DNA from: Cuniculiplasma divulgatum
GTDB taxonomy: Archaea > Thermoplasmatota > Thermoplasmata > Thermoplasmatales > Thermoplasmataceae
Length of the DNA stretch: 32,000 bases
Reading direction: 5' to 3'
NCBI RefSeq assembly: GCF_900083515.1
Contig: NZ_LT671858.1
Location: forward strand, 1,080,001 to 1,112,000
Under the pieces are notes generated by a model, which saw only the letters and a list, made by a program, of their open reading frames with translations, had not been told where the DNA came from and searched no databases. Below are positions 1-9,467 of the stretch, one piece after another. Each line of letters starts with the position of its first letter. Position 1 is the first letter of the stretch. The position numbers and the translations under genes were made by a program.

Positions 1-583
1 ATATTCTGTTAGCTAAGTTTATGTCATGCATTACAAGCAGAACACCCTTTCTCTTTTCCTTTAAAGAATTAAGAATCTTAATAAGAGTGCTAATTTTGTC
101 AAGATCAAGAAATGACGTAGGTTCATCCATCATTATATAATCTGCATTCTGATAAATACCGCCGGCTATGGACACCATTCTTTTTTCTCCTCCACTCAAC
201 GTAGAGAAATCCCTATCGATGAACTTTTCTACGCCACATAGTTTTAGAGCATCTACAATTTCTTCATCACCACCCATTCTTGTAAAGCCAGAAATCTCCA
301 TAACATCCCTTACTGTAAAACCCATGGGGTCCGGAATTTCCTGTTGAACATAGGAAATTTTTCTTGCTACAACTGATGGCTTCAATTTCCTAAGATTGTC
401 GCCATCCACAATTATGGAACCTCCAATCAGGGGTATATAACCACTGATTGCTGTGAGTGTCGAAGTTTTCCCTGAACCATTTTTTCCGCAGATTGAAAGG
501 ATTTCTCCAGGGGAAAGTTCCATGGAGACAGGACCTATCTCAAGCTCACCTCGCCTGAAACGAATGTCATTCAGTTCAAGCAC
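1..583 (-). CDS. ABC transporter ATP-binding subunit (iron-chelate/cobalamin type); C-terminal end runs off the window
   Basis: My translation of the minus strand from GTG at 583 gives VLELNDIRFRRGELEIGPVSMELSPGEILSICGKNGSGKT (Walker A). Further on come LSGGEKRM (ABC signature) and YIMMDEPTSFLD (Walker B). The GTG overlaps the stop of the upstream permease (GTGCTTGA). It is absent from the ORF track because it is open at the window edge. Confidence 0.85.
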   Translation of the reverse strand, partial: MLELNDIRFRRGELEIGPVSMELSPGEILSICGKNGSGKTSTLTAISGYIPLIGGSIIVDGDNLRKLKPSVVARKISYVQQEIPDPMGFTVRDVMEISGFTRMGGDEEIVDALKLCGVEKFIDRDFSTLSGGEKRMVSIAGGIYQNADYIMMDEPTSFLDLDKISTLIKILNSLKEKRKGVLLVMHDINLANRI

Positions 584-1649
584 TGTAATACCCCCTTTTT
601 GATATTTTTGCCATAAGAATCATGAAAAATGGTACACCAATTATGCCCGTGATAATACCTATGGGTAAAACCTCTCCCTTTATGATCAAATGTGCAAGAT
701 CATTGCTGAGAATAAGGAATGTTGCACCAAGAATAGCAGAGGAAGGGATCACATACTTATTGGAACCACCATACAATAATCTTGAAACATGTGGGAATAT
801 TAGACCTACAAATCCGATGAGACCGCTAATTGAAACACATGCAGATACTGCCACTGTGGTAAGCCCTATAGCAGCGAGTTTAGATTTTTCGGCATTTACT
901 CCTACAGACTTTGCGTAAATCTCTCCCATCTGGAGTGCGTTTAACTGCCTGTACATTGACCCCAGTATAAGGGAAGTTACAATAACCAGAGGTACAACGA
1001 TCATGTCATCAAGCCAAGAAATACCTGAAAGCGATCCAAGAATCCAGTAAAATATCCTATTCTCAAGAGCCGGTTTCGAATAAAGCAATAGGGCCACAAA
1101 TGATGTTGCAAAAAGTGATATGGCGATACCTGTAAGCAGGAATACAACAGGAGGAGTTCTCCCATTTCTAAAGGATAAAACATAAACACCTGAAACAATA
1201 AGTATTGCGAATATAAATGCAAATATGGGTAATGTGAAAATTCCGAAAACTGTTATTCCAAAAACTATTGCAATGACAGCTCCAAGGGTTGCCCCACTGG
1301 ATACTCCTGTAATATATGGCTCAGATATGGGGTTCCTAAAAATACTCTGGATAACAGCACCTCCCACGCCTAGGGAAGCTCCAACAGCGGCTGCCCCAAG
1401 AATCTCGGGTTCTCTCAGCTGAGTTACTATAATATAATCAGAATATTTTACGGAACCTACATTGATTCCGATCTGCTCTCCTACTGAGCGCAGTATGGTA
1501 AAAAATTCAACATTTACCGACCCTACCCCCAGAGAAAGGAAAAATGATAGGAAAAAGGCTATAATTGAAATTGAAAATATGGTATACGTTCTACCATGTG
1601 ATACCATTAATTTCCTAATCTGTTTATTTTTAAACATTAACATCCTCAT
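576..1649 (-). CDS. FecCD/BtuC-family ABC permease (iron-siderophore/cobalamin type)
   Basis: 357-aa polytopic ORF with FecCD-like stretches (GAAAVGASLGVGGAVIQSIFRNPISEPYITGVSSGA; GLIGFVGLIFPHVSRLL). Its start region overlaps the stop of the binding-protein gene and its stop overlaps the ATPase start. The true start may be one of the ATGs at 1643 or 1637. Confidence 0.88.
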   Translation of the reverse strand: MRMLMFKNKQIRKLMVSHGRTYTIFSISIIAFFLSFFLSLGVGSVNVEFFTILRSVGEQIGINVGSVKYSDYIIVTQLREPEILGAAAVGASLGVGGAVIQSIFRNPISEPYITGVSSGATLGAVIAIVFGITVFGIFTLPIFAFIFAILIVSGVYVLSFRNGRTPPVVFLLTGIAISLFATSFVALLLYSKPALENRIFYWILGSLSGISWLDDMIVVPLVIVTSLILGSMYRQLNALQMGEIYAKSVGVNAEKSKLAAIGLTTVAVSACVSISGLIGFVGLIFPHVSRLLYGGSNKYVIPSSAILGATFLILSNDLAHLIIKGEVLPIGIITGIIGVPFFMILMAKISKRGYYSA

Positions 1650-2622
1650 AGATACTCTGAACCTTTGGAGGTTCTGGATTGTAATTTAATTCAAATGGAA
1701 ATTTAGGAAGTTTGACTGTTATGTGATATACTTCATAGATCATCCATTCTATGGCAAATATATTTCTGAAGTTAGGTTCTGAGAAAAGATTTGTATTAAA
1801 TGCGGTATAGATCGTATTATTCTTATAAGCACCAGTTGAATCAAAGGGTTCTTTGTCAAGATCGGATTGATTAAAGCATGTTCCAAGAAGTATTACCTGA
1901 GGATTTGAGTTTACTATGTTTTCATTTGATATCTCATAGAAACCAGATCCATTTGCTATATTATTTAAATGAGAGTAATTGAACATAGCATTCACAAATG
2001 TACCTTTTCCAGTGGTCCATGTTGCACCATTCTCAACACACATTGCATATAGCAATGTCTTGCTGACAACACTTACATTAGAGAATTCATTCAATGATTC
2101 CCTCATCCAGTTATTGAGAAGTGTTGCATTCTTCTGGTTGCCAGTTAATTCACCCAGCAACGTGTTCTGAGCCATTATTTGTGTAAATGTAGAATTCAAT
2201 CCTGCGCTGAGAAATATATAATCAATACTTGCGTTCAGAAGTTCCTGCACCTCACCTGGTGGATAAGAGCTAAATGAAATAACCGCCTGTGGAGAAAGAT
2301 TTACTATCTGTTCAATACTCATATCTGGATAACATGTCATATTTGGTAAATTACTCTTTGGATATGTTGTGTAAGGACCCTTTCCCAGAACATCTTTGAA
2401 TGCCCCTATGGCATAAAGTGTAGCACTTGCCGCCGGATCGAGTGAAACGATCCTGTTCAGATGAATGCCAGAAACGTTTGAATTTACAGTTATTATTCGT
2501 CCCTTTTTCGAGCTGGAAATGTGCTCATATTCAATCGCACCAATTGCTGATAAAATCACAACAATAACAACAATAGTTGCTATTATTTTCTTGCTGCCTT
2601 TCATTCTGTTATTTGTTTCCAT
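1630..2622 (-). CDS. ABC transporter substrate-binding protein (iron-chelate type), membrane-anchored
   Basis: 330-aa ORF with an N-terminal hydrophobic anchor (KKIIATIVVIVVILSAIGAI), then a periplasmic-binding-protein-like start (RIVSLDPAASATLYAIGA). It sits in an operon with the FecCD permease and the ATPase. About 11 N-x-S/T sequons by manual count. AAGGAG lies 8 nt upstream of the ATG. Confidence 0.75.
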   Translation of the reverse strand: METNNRMKGSKKIIATIVVIVVILSAIGAIEYEHISSSKKGRIITVNSNVSGIHLNRIVSLDPAASATLYAIGAFKDVLGKGPYTTYPKSNLPNMTCYPDMSIEQIVNLSPQAVISFSSYPPGEVQELLNASIDYIFLSAGLNSTFTQIMAQNTLLGELTGNQKNATLLNNWMRESLNEFSNVSVVSKTLLYAMCVENGATWTTGKGTFVNAMFNYSHLNNIANGSGFYEISNENIVNSNPQVILLGTCFNQSDLDKEPFDSTGAYKNNTIYTAFNTNLFSEPNFRNIFAIEWMIYEVYHITVKLPKFPFELNYNPEPPKVQSIYEDVNV

Positions 2623-2721
2623 ATGAAGTCTCCTTTACAAAAGTGAAATTTAATTCATATTTATAAAGTTATCTTCATAACAATTATAGTGTTCGTCTAA
2701 ATAAAATATCTTTAACAAAAA

Positions 2722-2730
2722 CTTTTAAAT
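2722..2730 (+). promoter_or_regulatory. TATA-box-like element (CTTTTAAAT) about 25 nt upstream of the GTG start at 2751; implies a leaderless mRNA
   Basis: The A/T motif matches archaeal TATA consensus (TTTAWA). Its spacing to the start codon equals the normal TATA-to-TSS distance. Confidence 0.45.
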
Positions 2731-2750
2731 GGATAGCTAATACCATAAGT

Positions 2751-3737
2751 GTGCCAGAATCCTTCACTCAACAATTGAAATATTATGAGCTTAAAAAGAG
2801 CCAAAAAGCCCTAGTATCACTTAGTTTTCTATGTCTCTTCAAGGGTAAGGAAACTCTTCTTGAAGATTCTCTGAATAGCATTGTTGATATAGCTGAAGAG
2901 TCTGGAATGGATTATGAAATAATAATAGTAAATACCACGCTGCTCCCAATTAATTCAGTATCCACTGAAGGAATAAGAGTTGAAAAGCCACTGAAAATTG
3001 CAGATTATGGATATTATAAAAGGGGTCAGGCTAAAAATGAAGCCTTTAAAAAAAGCACTGGAACACATATAGTTTTATTTGATCCTGAAAAAGTTTACGA
3101 TATTAAATTTTCAGATGTCCTGTACAATTTTGTAAATCAGCGTGAGAAAAGGATGTTATACAGTGAATTCATAGTTATTCCCAGAGAAATACTTACAGAG
3201 GTAAATGGGTGGAACGACCTTTCTGTTTCAGAAGATTTAGATTTATTTGCAAGGATAAGTCAGGAGTATAACATCCTTTTTTATATAACAAATGGTCAGG
3301 AGTCAATTGAGAGATTCCTTACTTACAAACCAACCCAGATATTCGCATCGAAAGAATTTCAGCGAATGATGAAGGAGAAAAGGAGTAAAGTAATTACTGA
3401 TCTTTTCATGGGATGCAATTATGGACTTAGAGATGCACTTCTCTTATCCCATAATGAGAATGTGAAACTCAAGATAAGAGATTATATGTCCCTTTATGCC
3501 TCATATTTCTTGGTAAAAATAAGAAGATACAACCGAGGAAAGAAGAGTAACTTTACCACAATAATGGAATCCATGTTCGAATCAATCATCCTTCAGGAAT
3601 ACGAAAAGGTGAAAATAGAGAGTTATCCCCTCAACATAAGTCTTGGAAAAACAGAGATTCGATATCTCATGGTTAAAAGCGACATATTTCCCAAGATATC
3701 AAAAACCCTTGACAAAATAATAAAAAGAGAGAATTAA
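2751..3737 (+). CDS. Degenerate GT2-like (GT-A fold) glycosyltransferase-like protein
   Basis: 328-aa ORF with a GTG start. GT2-like layout: ALVSLSFLCLFKGKETLLEDSLNSIV ... YEIIIVNT ... RGQAKNEAFKKSTGTHIVLFDPEKVYD. The usual DD and DxD acidic positions read VNT and DPE. Confidence 0.5.
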   Translation: MPESFTQQLKYYELKKSQKALVSLSFLCLFKGKETLLEDSLNSIVDIAEESGMDYEIIIVNTTLLPINSVSTEGIRVEKPLKIADYGYYKRGQAKNEAFKKSTGTHIVLFDPEKVYDIKFSDVLYNFVNQREKRMLYSEFIVIPREILTEVNGWNDLSVSEDLDLFARISQEYNILFYITNGQESIERFLTYKPTQIFASKEFQRMMKEKRSKVITDLFMGCNYGLRDALLLSHNENVKLKIRDYMSLYASYFLVKIRRYNRGKKSNFTTIMESMFESIILQEYEKVKIESYPLNISLGKTEIRYLMVKSDIFPKISKTLDKIIKREN

Positions 3738-4768
3738 ATTTTTTCGAAATCTCTTCCCCTATCCTGTCTCTTTATCATCCAGCCTGGGTAAAGTTCCCTA
3801 TCTTCAGAAACATCATCCAGTCTCTTAACCTGCTCTGCTGTTAGATTCACATCAAGAGTCTTCATGTTTTCTTCAAATTGCTCCAGAGTTCTTGCACCAA
3901 CCAGAACTATTCCCTTTTTTGCTATTACCCATGAAAGTGCAACATTTGAAAGTTTGCAATCCTGTTCTTTTGCTATTTCTTCTGCGACCTCAAGTACAAA
4001 TCTTGCCTTTTCCTGATCGAATGGTGGAAATACCCCTCTATCGCCAAACCTGGTACCTGCTTTCGCTTCAACTTTCTTGCCATACTTTCCTGATAAAACT
4101 CCACCGTGAAGTGGACTCCATGCAAGCAGTGATAGTCCATCATGATTCATGTATGGCAACACCTCCTGCTCTATATCCCTGTTCAAGAGAGAATAATTCA
4201 TCTGTGCCGAATGATACGCCTCAAAGTGGTTTTCTCGGGCCACAGAATTGAATAGTGCCATTTGCCATGCCTGAAAATTTGAAAATCCTGGATAATCAAT
4301 ATCCCCTCTTTCGACAAGATCCTGAAGTGTTTCAATCGTTTCTATTATTGGCACATGATAGTCAAACGAATGCATTTGATAAAGCTCCACGTGATCTGTT
4401 TTCAATCTTTCAAGACTTCCCTTTATGGATTCCCTTATATGATGTCTTGTTAGACCAATCTGATTTATGCCTTTTCCAGTTCTCCCTCTTACCTTTGTGG
4501 CTATGTGAATCTCATCTCTAAACGACTTCAGGGCCTTTCCAAGAGCTATTTCAGATTCTCCTTCATCATATACGTCCGCAGTATCGAAAAGGTTTATTCC
4601 ATATTCGTATGCTCTCTTCACCATTTCATTTGTCTGTTCCTGGCTTAATCCACCGAGTTTCCAGCTGTTCTTGTCGCCAAATGTCATTGCCCCAAGAGCC
4701 ATTACTGAGACATACAATCCTGACTTTCCCAGTCTTACATACTTCATAAATGAATAATACAAGTGCAT
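3734..4768 (-). CDS. Aldo/keto reductase (Tas/YajO, Kv-beta-like subgroup)
   Basis: MKYVRLGKSGLYVSVMALGAMTFG, DTADVYDEGESEIALGKAL, LYQMHSFD and LLAWSPLHGGVLSGKY are classical AKR blocks. The real start is probably ATG at 4747 (MKYVRLG). Its stop overlaps the convergent gene's stop in TTAA. Confidence 0.9.
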   Translation of the reverse strand: MHLYYSFMKYVRLGKSGLYVSVMALGAMTFGDKNSWKLGGLSQEQTNEMVKRAYEYGINLFDTADVYDEGESEIALGKALKSFRDEIHIATKVRGRTGKGINQIGLTRHHIRESIKGSLERLKTDHVELYQMHSFDYHVPIIETIETLQDLVERGDIDYPGFSNFQAWQMALFNSVARENHFEAYHSAQMNYSLLNRDIEQEVLPYMNHDGLSLLAWSPLHGGVLSGKYGKKVEAKAGTRFGDRGVFPPFDQEKARFVLEVAEEIAKEQDCKLSNVALSWVIAKKGIVLVGARTLEQFEENMKTLDVNLTAEQVKRLDDVSEDRELYPGWMIKRQDRGRDFEKI

Positions 4769-4813
4769 ATTAAACCGTTATGACATAATATTTTTAAGGA
4801 GAAAAAATCACGA

Positions 4814-7126
4814 ATGATGAATGCAATAAAGATTCTTCTCCCTGTGGTCCTTGTTTCAATCTTAATACCTCTTATACCAATTACCGGTGAGATTAATAGT
4901 CATAATATAAAATCCCCGGAACAGCAAGTGACAAATTCCAATACATTAAAAAACATTTATATTTATAATAATTTTACTATAAATACCACAAACCAGAATA
5001 TTGCAAAGTCTTACATGCTGATATTTGAGGGTCAAAAACATATATTTCTTCAAATCCGGACTAATCTATCATTTGAGAATGAGATAATAGTTACCAAGGG
5101 AACGAATCTTACAATCGAAACACCTTCCGCAGGATACGAAGTTGGAATTTGCAACTCTGACTTTCTCTTTAATGGATCCTTGAGTTTTGATGGTGATAGA
5201 GTTCAAGTTTCTGATTCCATAATTGGTAATAATTTAAGTCATATCAGAATGTATTACGCCAAAGACATGATGGTTTTTAGAAATTCAACTTTCAGGAACC
5301 TAAATTCATCAAAAGTAGTATACAGAAATGTTGATTCGCTAAGACAAAGTTCCCAACCGATTAGTGCTGCTGGTAGTTTTACATATAGTTATATCCAAAA
5401 CACAACCCATAAATTCCCCATAAGCGAGATTAAATTTAAAGGAAATTTTTCATACAATGGAAGCGGTATTTACCTAGGAATGGCATTCACCTTTGGTTGT
5501 AATTCCATAAGCAATAAGATTAATATTACAGCGGGAAATGGCAATTTTGAATCAGCTATCTACATGGTACATCCAGTTTATCTAAAGAGTATTTGTAATG
5601 ATGATAAAATTGTAAACATCAGTATGCCATATGGTTCAAACCTAACTATCTGGAAATCTTCTATATGTTTTATTTCCAATTCAACGTTCAATATTACTGG
5701 ATTTAGTACGAACTACATTGTGCTGAATGACACACATCTGGTTACACTTAACTCTTCATTCTCTGCTAATTCATTGCCTTTCACAAACTCGGGCTTTTAT
5801 AATCTGAAGAAAGAAGGATTTCTATTGAACAATGGATCAGAACTCATAATGATAGGATCGTATTTCTCTGGAAACAATCTCAGTTCTGAATCTCCGGTTA
5901 TAACAACAGATAATTCATTATTTTACTTCCTACCCTTACTGAGTGTTACTTATTCCATGTACCATAAAATTATATATTATCGTCCTGTGGGGATTTATCC
6001 AGCAGGTACGGTTAAACAAGATTTTAACCTAAGTTGTATCCTCGACAGTAATACTTATTCATATGGTACTAACACTTCCATTATCATCCCGGCGTATAAA
6101 CAGGGGAGTAACAAATGTATGAATTCTATATTTTCCTTTACAATGTTTAACAAAACACAATATTTTTCAATATCGTCAAATGATATTTTTAAATTAGGGT
6201 CTTATACATACACAAAAACATATTATGATATTCCATATGTGAATGTAAAAACTGAGATCTCATACAACAACTCATCCATTTTTCTAAATATATCTGCAAA
6301 TGAATCTATTTACAAACCAATCAACGTAACATATATTACCAAATTAAGTTATGATAATTCAACTGAGATATCCAAATATGACCTAAAAATCACTTCAGAG
6401 AAAAACTACTCATACGCTTTTAATATTCCCAGAAAAAGGAGCCTATACTATGAAAACATTGAGGTTAACTCTGAACTAAGATACTTCAACACCGTAAAGA
6501 ATGTGACTGAATATTATATGAAAGTTTTCACTATTCCCCCTCTTTTTTCAGTTTTTATTCTAAAGTCAGTCAACCTTTCATATGGTTCCAATTTCTCGGT
6601 TTACATTGGTAGTCACTTATATCAAAGCTCCAATGGAATCATTGAATTCAGAAATGTGAAACAATGTCTAAACGTTCTAACAATGAATTCAGGCTTCATG
6701 GCACCAGAGGAAAAGAACATTACAGTTCACCCAGGTTTAAATTATATCAAATATAAGATAGAGTCAGGCAAGGTGGTTTTTACCGGTACTCTTTCTGAAA
6801 AACTTATAATAAGCGTAGGCAACACGAACTATGAATATTCAAATGGGCTATCAATTACCCTAACATATGGAAACCACACAATAATGTTGAACAATTCCGG
6901 AAAAGTTACATTTATGGATATTTTCGTACATAGTAATATGACAAGTATTTACCTGTATCAAAGGAATTTAAAACCCCCAATAGATTGGAGCGCTGAAGTT
7001 CTTCCTATATTGCTTTCTTCCCTTGCCATATCTGCAATATACAATATTTCCAGAAAGAAGTTAAGAAGAATTTGTCCTGTTTGTATGCAGGAAGTAACTT
7101 TTGATCGTAAACACTCACACGAGTAA
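4814..7126 (+). CDS. Large exported surface (glyco)protein with signal/anchor sequence, C-terminal TM helix and short Cys/His cytoplasmic tail
   Basis: 770-aa ORF with an N-terminal hydrophobic signal (ILLPVVLVSILIPLIPITG). About 37 N-x-S/T sequons by manual count. C-terminal helix VLPILLSSLAISAIY followed by SRKKLRRICPVCMQEVTFDRKHSHE. AAGGAG lies 12 nt upstream of the ATG. I recognise no family. Confidence 0.8.
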   Translation: MMNAIKILLPVVLVSILIPLIPITGEINSHNIKSPEQQVTNSNTLKNIYIYNNFTINTTNQNIAKSYMLIFEGQKHIFLQIRTNLSFENEIIVTKGTNLTIETPSAGYEVGICNSDFLFNGSLSFDGDRVQVSDSIIGNNLSHIRMYYAKDMMVFRNSTFRNLNSSKVVYRNVDSLRQSSQPISAAGSFTYSYIQNTTHKFPISEIKFKGNFSYNGSGIYLGMAFTFGCNSISNKINITAGNGNFESAIYMVHPVYLKSICNDDKIVNISMPYGSNLTIWKSSICFISNSTFNITGFSTNYIVLNDTHLVTLNSSFSANSLPFTNSGFYNLKKEGFLLNNGSELIMIGSYFSGNNLSSESPVITTDNSLFYFLPLLSVTYSMYHKIIYYRPVGIYPAGTVKQDFNLSCILDSNTYSYGTNTSIIIPAYKQGSNKCMNSIFSFTMFNKTQYFSISSNDIFKLGSYTYTKTYYDIPYVNVKTEISYNNSSIFLNISANESIYKPINVTYITKLSYDNSTEISKYDLKITSEKNYSYAFNIPRKRSLYYENIEVNSELRYFNTVKNVTEYYMKVFTIPPLFSVFILKSVNLSYGSNFSVYIGSHLYQSSNGIIEFRNVKQCLNVLTMNSGFMAPEEKNITVHPGLNYIKYKIESGKVVFTGTLSEKLIISVGNTNYEYSNGLSITLTYGNHTIMLNNSGKVTFMDIFVHSNMTSIYLYQRNLKPPIDWSAEVLPILLSSLAISAIYNISRKKLRRICPVCMQEVTFDRKHSHE

Positions 7127-7133
7127 GCTTTTA

Positions 7134-9410
7134 TCAAAACCTGATGTTTGAAACGCTGAAGTTCTGTGCTGATGTTCCATTGGTATAAAGTTCGTAGTTA
7201 AATACTGTTGTAACGGGAACAATATGGAACATATTGCTTATTGCATATATCCTGGTGAAATTTATATTTCCATATCTTTGAATAAATATGTACTGGTTTA
7301 TACCTGAATAATACGTATTTCCACTTACTGTTCTATTCATCCCAATGTAAATATCATAGATTCCATTTATAGTCATTTCTACTCCAACAAAATTTTTAAT
7401 CTTGTCATTTGTCACAGAGGTCCCATTTCCTGAGTAGGAATAATTAAAGTTAAGATTATCCCCTGAATTCTTTAAATAAGATAGGTTTACTGCAGAATTT
7501 GAAAGCCTTATACAGTTAATCTTCGAGATATTATGATCGGGTGAAAGGGAAATCGTAAAACCGTTACCTGATTTACCATTCCCGTTATTTAAGTGGTAAT
7601 TAAATCGATTACTGATCTGACTTGTGTCAACACCCCAGCATAAAAATGGAGATTTCAGGTTGTTTGTTGGATATTGAAGATTGTAGTTTGCAATCCCTAT
7701 TCTGTTTATCTTTGGAGCTTTGACAGTAATATAATCACTAAGAAAGTTATAGTATGCCTGAATCCTAAAGGTGGTACCCTGTTTCAACAGATATGCATAT
7801 GATTCAGGATATGCGGTTACATAATTTTGCCCAACATGAAGTGATGAAGATGCGTACCAAAGCATGCCATTATAGTTACCTTCCGTAGCGGTACTGGGAA
7901 TTATTCTAAAATAAATTGGAGAGGTAAGATTAGAACCTAGCGCTGGCTGGTAAGTGATGCTGATATTCATAGATGTTATGTATCCAGGAATGCACTGCTG
8001 ATCTGACATATTTTCAACTGCATTTATGTGGTAAATATTACTATCATTATCATTGTATGATAAATAGATCGACCCGGCAGTCGTTAAAGATATAATTATT
8101 ATAACTATTACTGCGAACGTTATATTCTTCTGCAAATATTTCCTGATACCTGTTATATAAATACCTGTGTTTAGTGGCTTTGCCCTAATATCAGAGAGCG
8201 TTGGTGGTTTTATGTTTTCTTCTCTTAAATAATCTGCAAAACTTATAACGATTAAAAGCGACCAGTCAACAATATACCCAAGCAGTACCCTGTAATTTAC
8301 AAGGAACATGAGCATAGGAAAGATAAATAGTGCGTACTTCAGCTTACTGTAGAAACGTACATAAAAGAGGAAGGTAATTATTATCGTTGCTAAGAATATA
8401 AGTGTAAAAACAGTGGATGGAATTTTAAACAATCCTGTGAATGAAAGTTCCGAAAAACCTATGCCTATACCAAGAACAGGCTGGAATTCGGCTTCGACGA
8501 TGTTCCTAAGCCAGTCATAAGGCTGCATAATTATAAAAGGAAGGTTGGTGAGGAGAAAAGAAAACGCGGCGAGACTAAAGAAGACGAAAGACTGCTTGAA
8601 AGATTTTCCTTTTTCCATGAAAATCATAAAGATAAGAAACGGAAAGGCAACTATAGCCAGCTGCTTGGATGAAATTGATAAGCCGTAAAATAGGCCAGAT
8701 AGCCAGGGTTTTTCCCTGAAGATATAGGCCAACACAAGAAAGAAAATCCATAGTATATCAGTTGAACCTCCTATTGAAAGCCCGAATGTATATACACTTA
8801 ACATTATTATTAAGGAAAAATAAGGTAAAATCTTCTCCATATGAGTTTTCCTTAAATATAGAAAAACAGCCAGAAAATTAAGGGCTGAAAATATGAATAA
8901 GGTTGTATAATCAGGAAGATGGAAATATACAACTGGTAGAAATGCAAGAACCGACATTCCAGGATATAACAATATTTCCACCAGTTTACCATTCAATCCC
9001 GGTGTTACATAAAGTGAATATGGCTTTATGTAACTGAATGCACCAAGCATGTTGCTTTTAATATATGGGTCTTTGCCCTCAAGAAAAATTTTCGCAGCAT
9101 ATGTTTGAAGTATAATTTCATCGGTTAATGCATTGGGATATAATGTTGATATAACAAAGAAAAGTTGTACAATTGATAACACAAAACCAATATAAGGAAG
9201 GTTTTTGATAATTTTTGATTCTTTTATGCTGGTTAGAAAAACAAACATAAGAATAATTCCTAGAACGACTAGGATTACTCCATTAATTATTGAACCATAA
9301 TCTAGATAACTCGTATAATTTATAGATATGAATGGTAAAATAATGAATACTAAGCCAAAAACAAAATAGCGGATTCGGCTCAACTTCTTAACTTCGGTTT
9401 CTGACTTCAT
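7134..9410 (-). CDS. Polytopic GT-C-like membrane glycosyltransferase (GT87/DUF2029, PimE-like) with large C-terminal sequon-rich ectodomain
   Basis: 758-aa ORF. The N-terminal ~400 aa are multi-TM with a first-loop motif TDEIILQTYAAKIFLEGKDPY, then TDILWIFF and LSISSKQLAIVAFPFLIF. After one more TM helix comes a ~300-aa Asn/Ser/Tyr-rich extracellular domain. It is a paralogue of 10715-12304. The CDS call is firm; the family call is motif-based only. Confidence 0.6.
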   Translation of the reverse strand: MKSETEVKKLSRIRYFVFGLVFIILPFISINYTSYLDYGSIINGVILVVLGIILMFVFLTSIKESKIIKNLPYIGFVLSIVQLFFVISTLYPNALTDEIILQTYAAKIFLEGKDPYIKSNMLGAFSYIKPYSLYVTPGLNGKLVEILLYPGMSVLAFLPVVYFHLPDYTTLFIFSALNFLAVFLYLRKTHMEKILPYFSLIIMLSVYTFGLSIGGSTDILWIFFLVLAYIFREKPWLSGLFYGLSISSKQLAIVAFPFLIFMIFMEKGKSFKQSFVFFSLAAFSFLLTNLPFIIMQPYDWLRNIVEAEFQPVLGIGIGFSELSFTGLFKIPSTVFTLIFLATIIITFLFYVRFYSKLKYALFIFPMLMFLVNYRVLLGYIVDWSLLIVISFADYLREENIKPPTLSDIRAKPLNTGIYITGIRKYLQKNITFAVIVIIIISLTTAGSIYLSYNDNDSNIYHINAVENMSDQQCIPGYITSMNISITYQPALGSNLTSPIYFRIIPSTATEGNYNGMLWYASSSLHVGQNYVTAYPESYAYLLKQGTTFRIQAYYNFLSDYITVKAPKINRIGIANYNLQYPTNNLKSPFLCWGVDTSQISNRFNYHLNNGNGKSGNGFTISLSPDHNISKINCIRLSNSAVNLSYLKNSGDNLNFNYSYSGNGTSVTNDKIKNFVGVEMTINGIYDIYIGMNRTVSGNTYYSGINQYIFIQRYGNINFTRIYAISNMFHIVPVTTVFNYELYTNGTSAQNFSVSNIRF

Positions 9411-9467
9411 ATACAGATCAAATAAAACTAAATTTAAAAGAAGTTGTTAAAGATTGTTATTGTATCA

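Noticed and set aside
622-918. Antisense or shadow ORFs in the track that lie wholly inside longer ORFs on the other strand. They are 622-918, 1001-1222, 1225-1422, 1462-1689, 1979-2170, 3892-4251, 4255-4521, 9850-10092, 11520-11714, 12117-12311, 13541-13741, 15174-15356, 16097-16345, 16693-16881, 17472-17714, 17937-18137, 18948-19158, 20191-20508, 20576-20857, 21429-22149, 22552-22809, 23598-23828, 24407-24607, 24912-25094, 25169-25871, 26507-26692, 27043-27664, 28153-28392, 29242-29583, 30499-30708, 31402-31680 and 31788-31970.
   Set aside because: Each is embedded in a longer ORF that has clear family motifs. Their translations are low-complexity or motif-free, and they have no promoter or SD context. 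They are typical shadow frames of AT-rich coding DNA.
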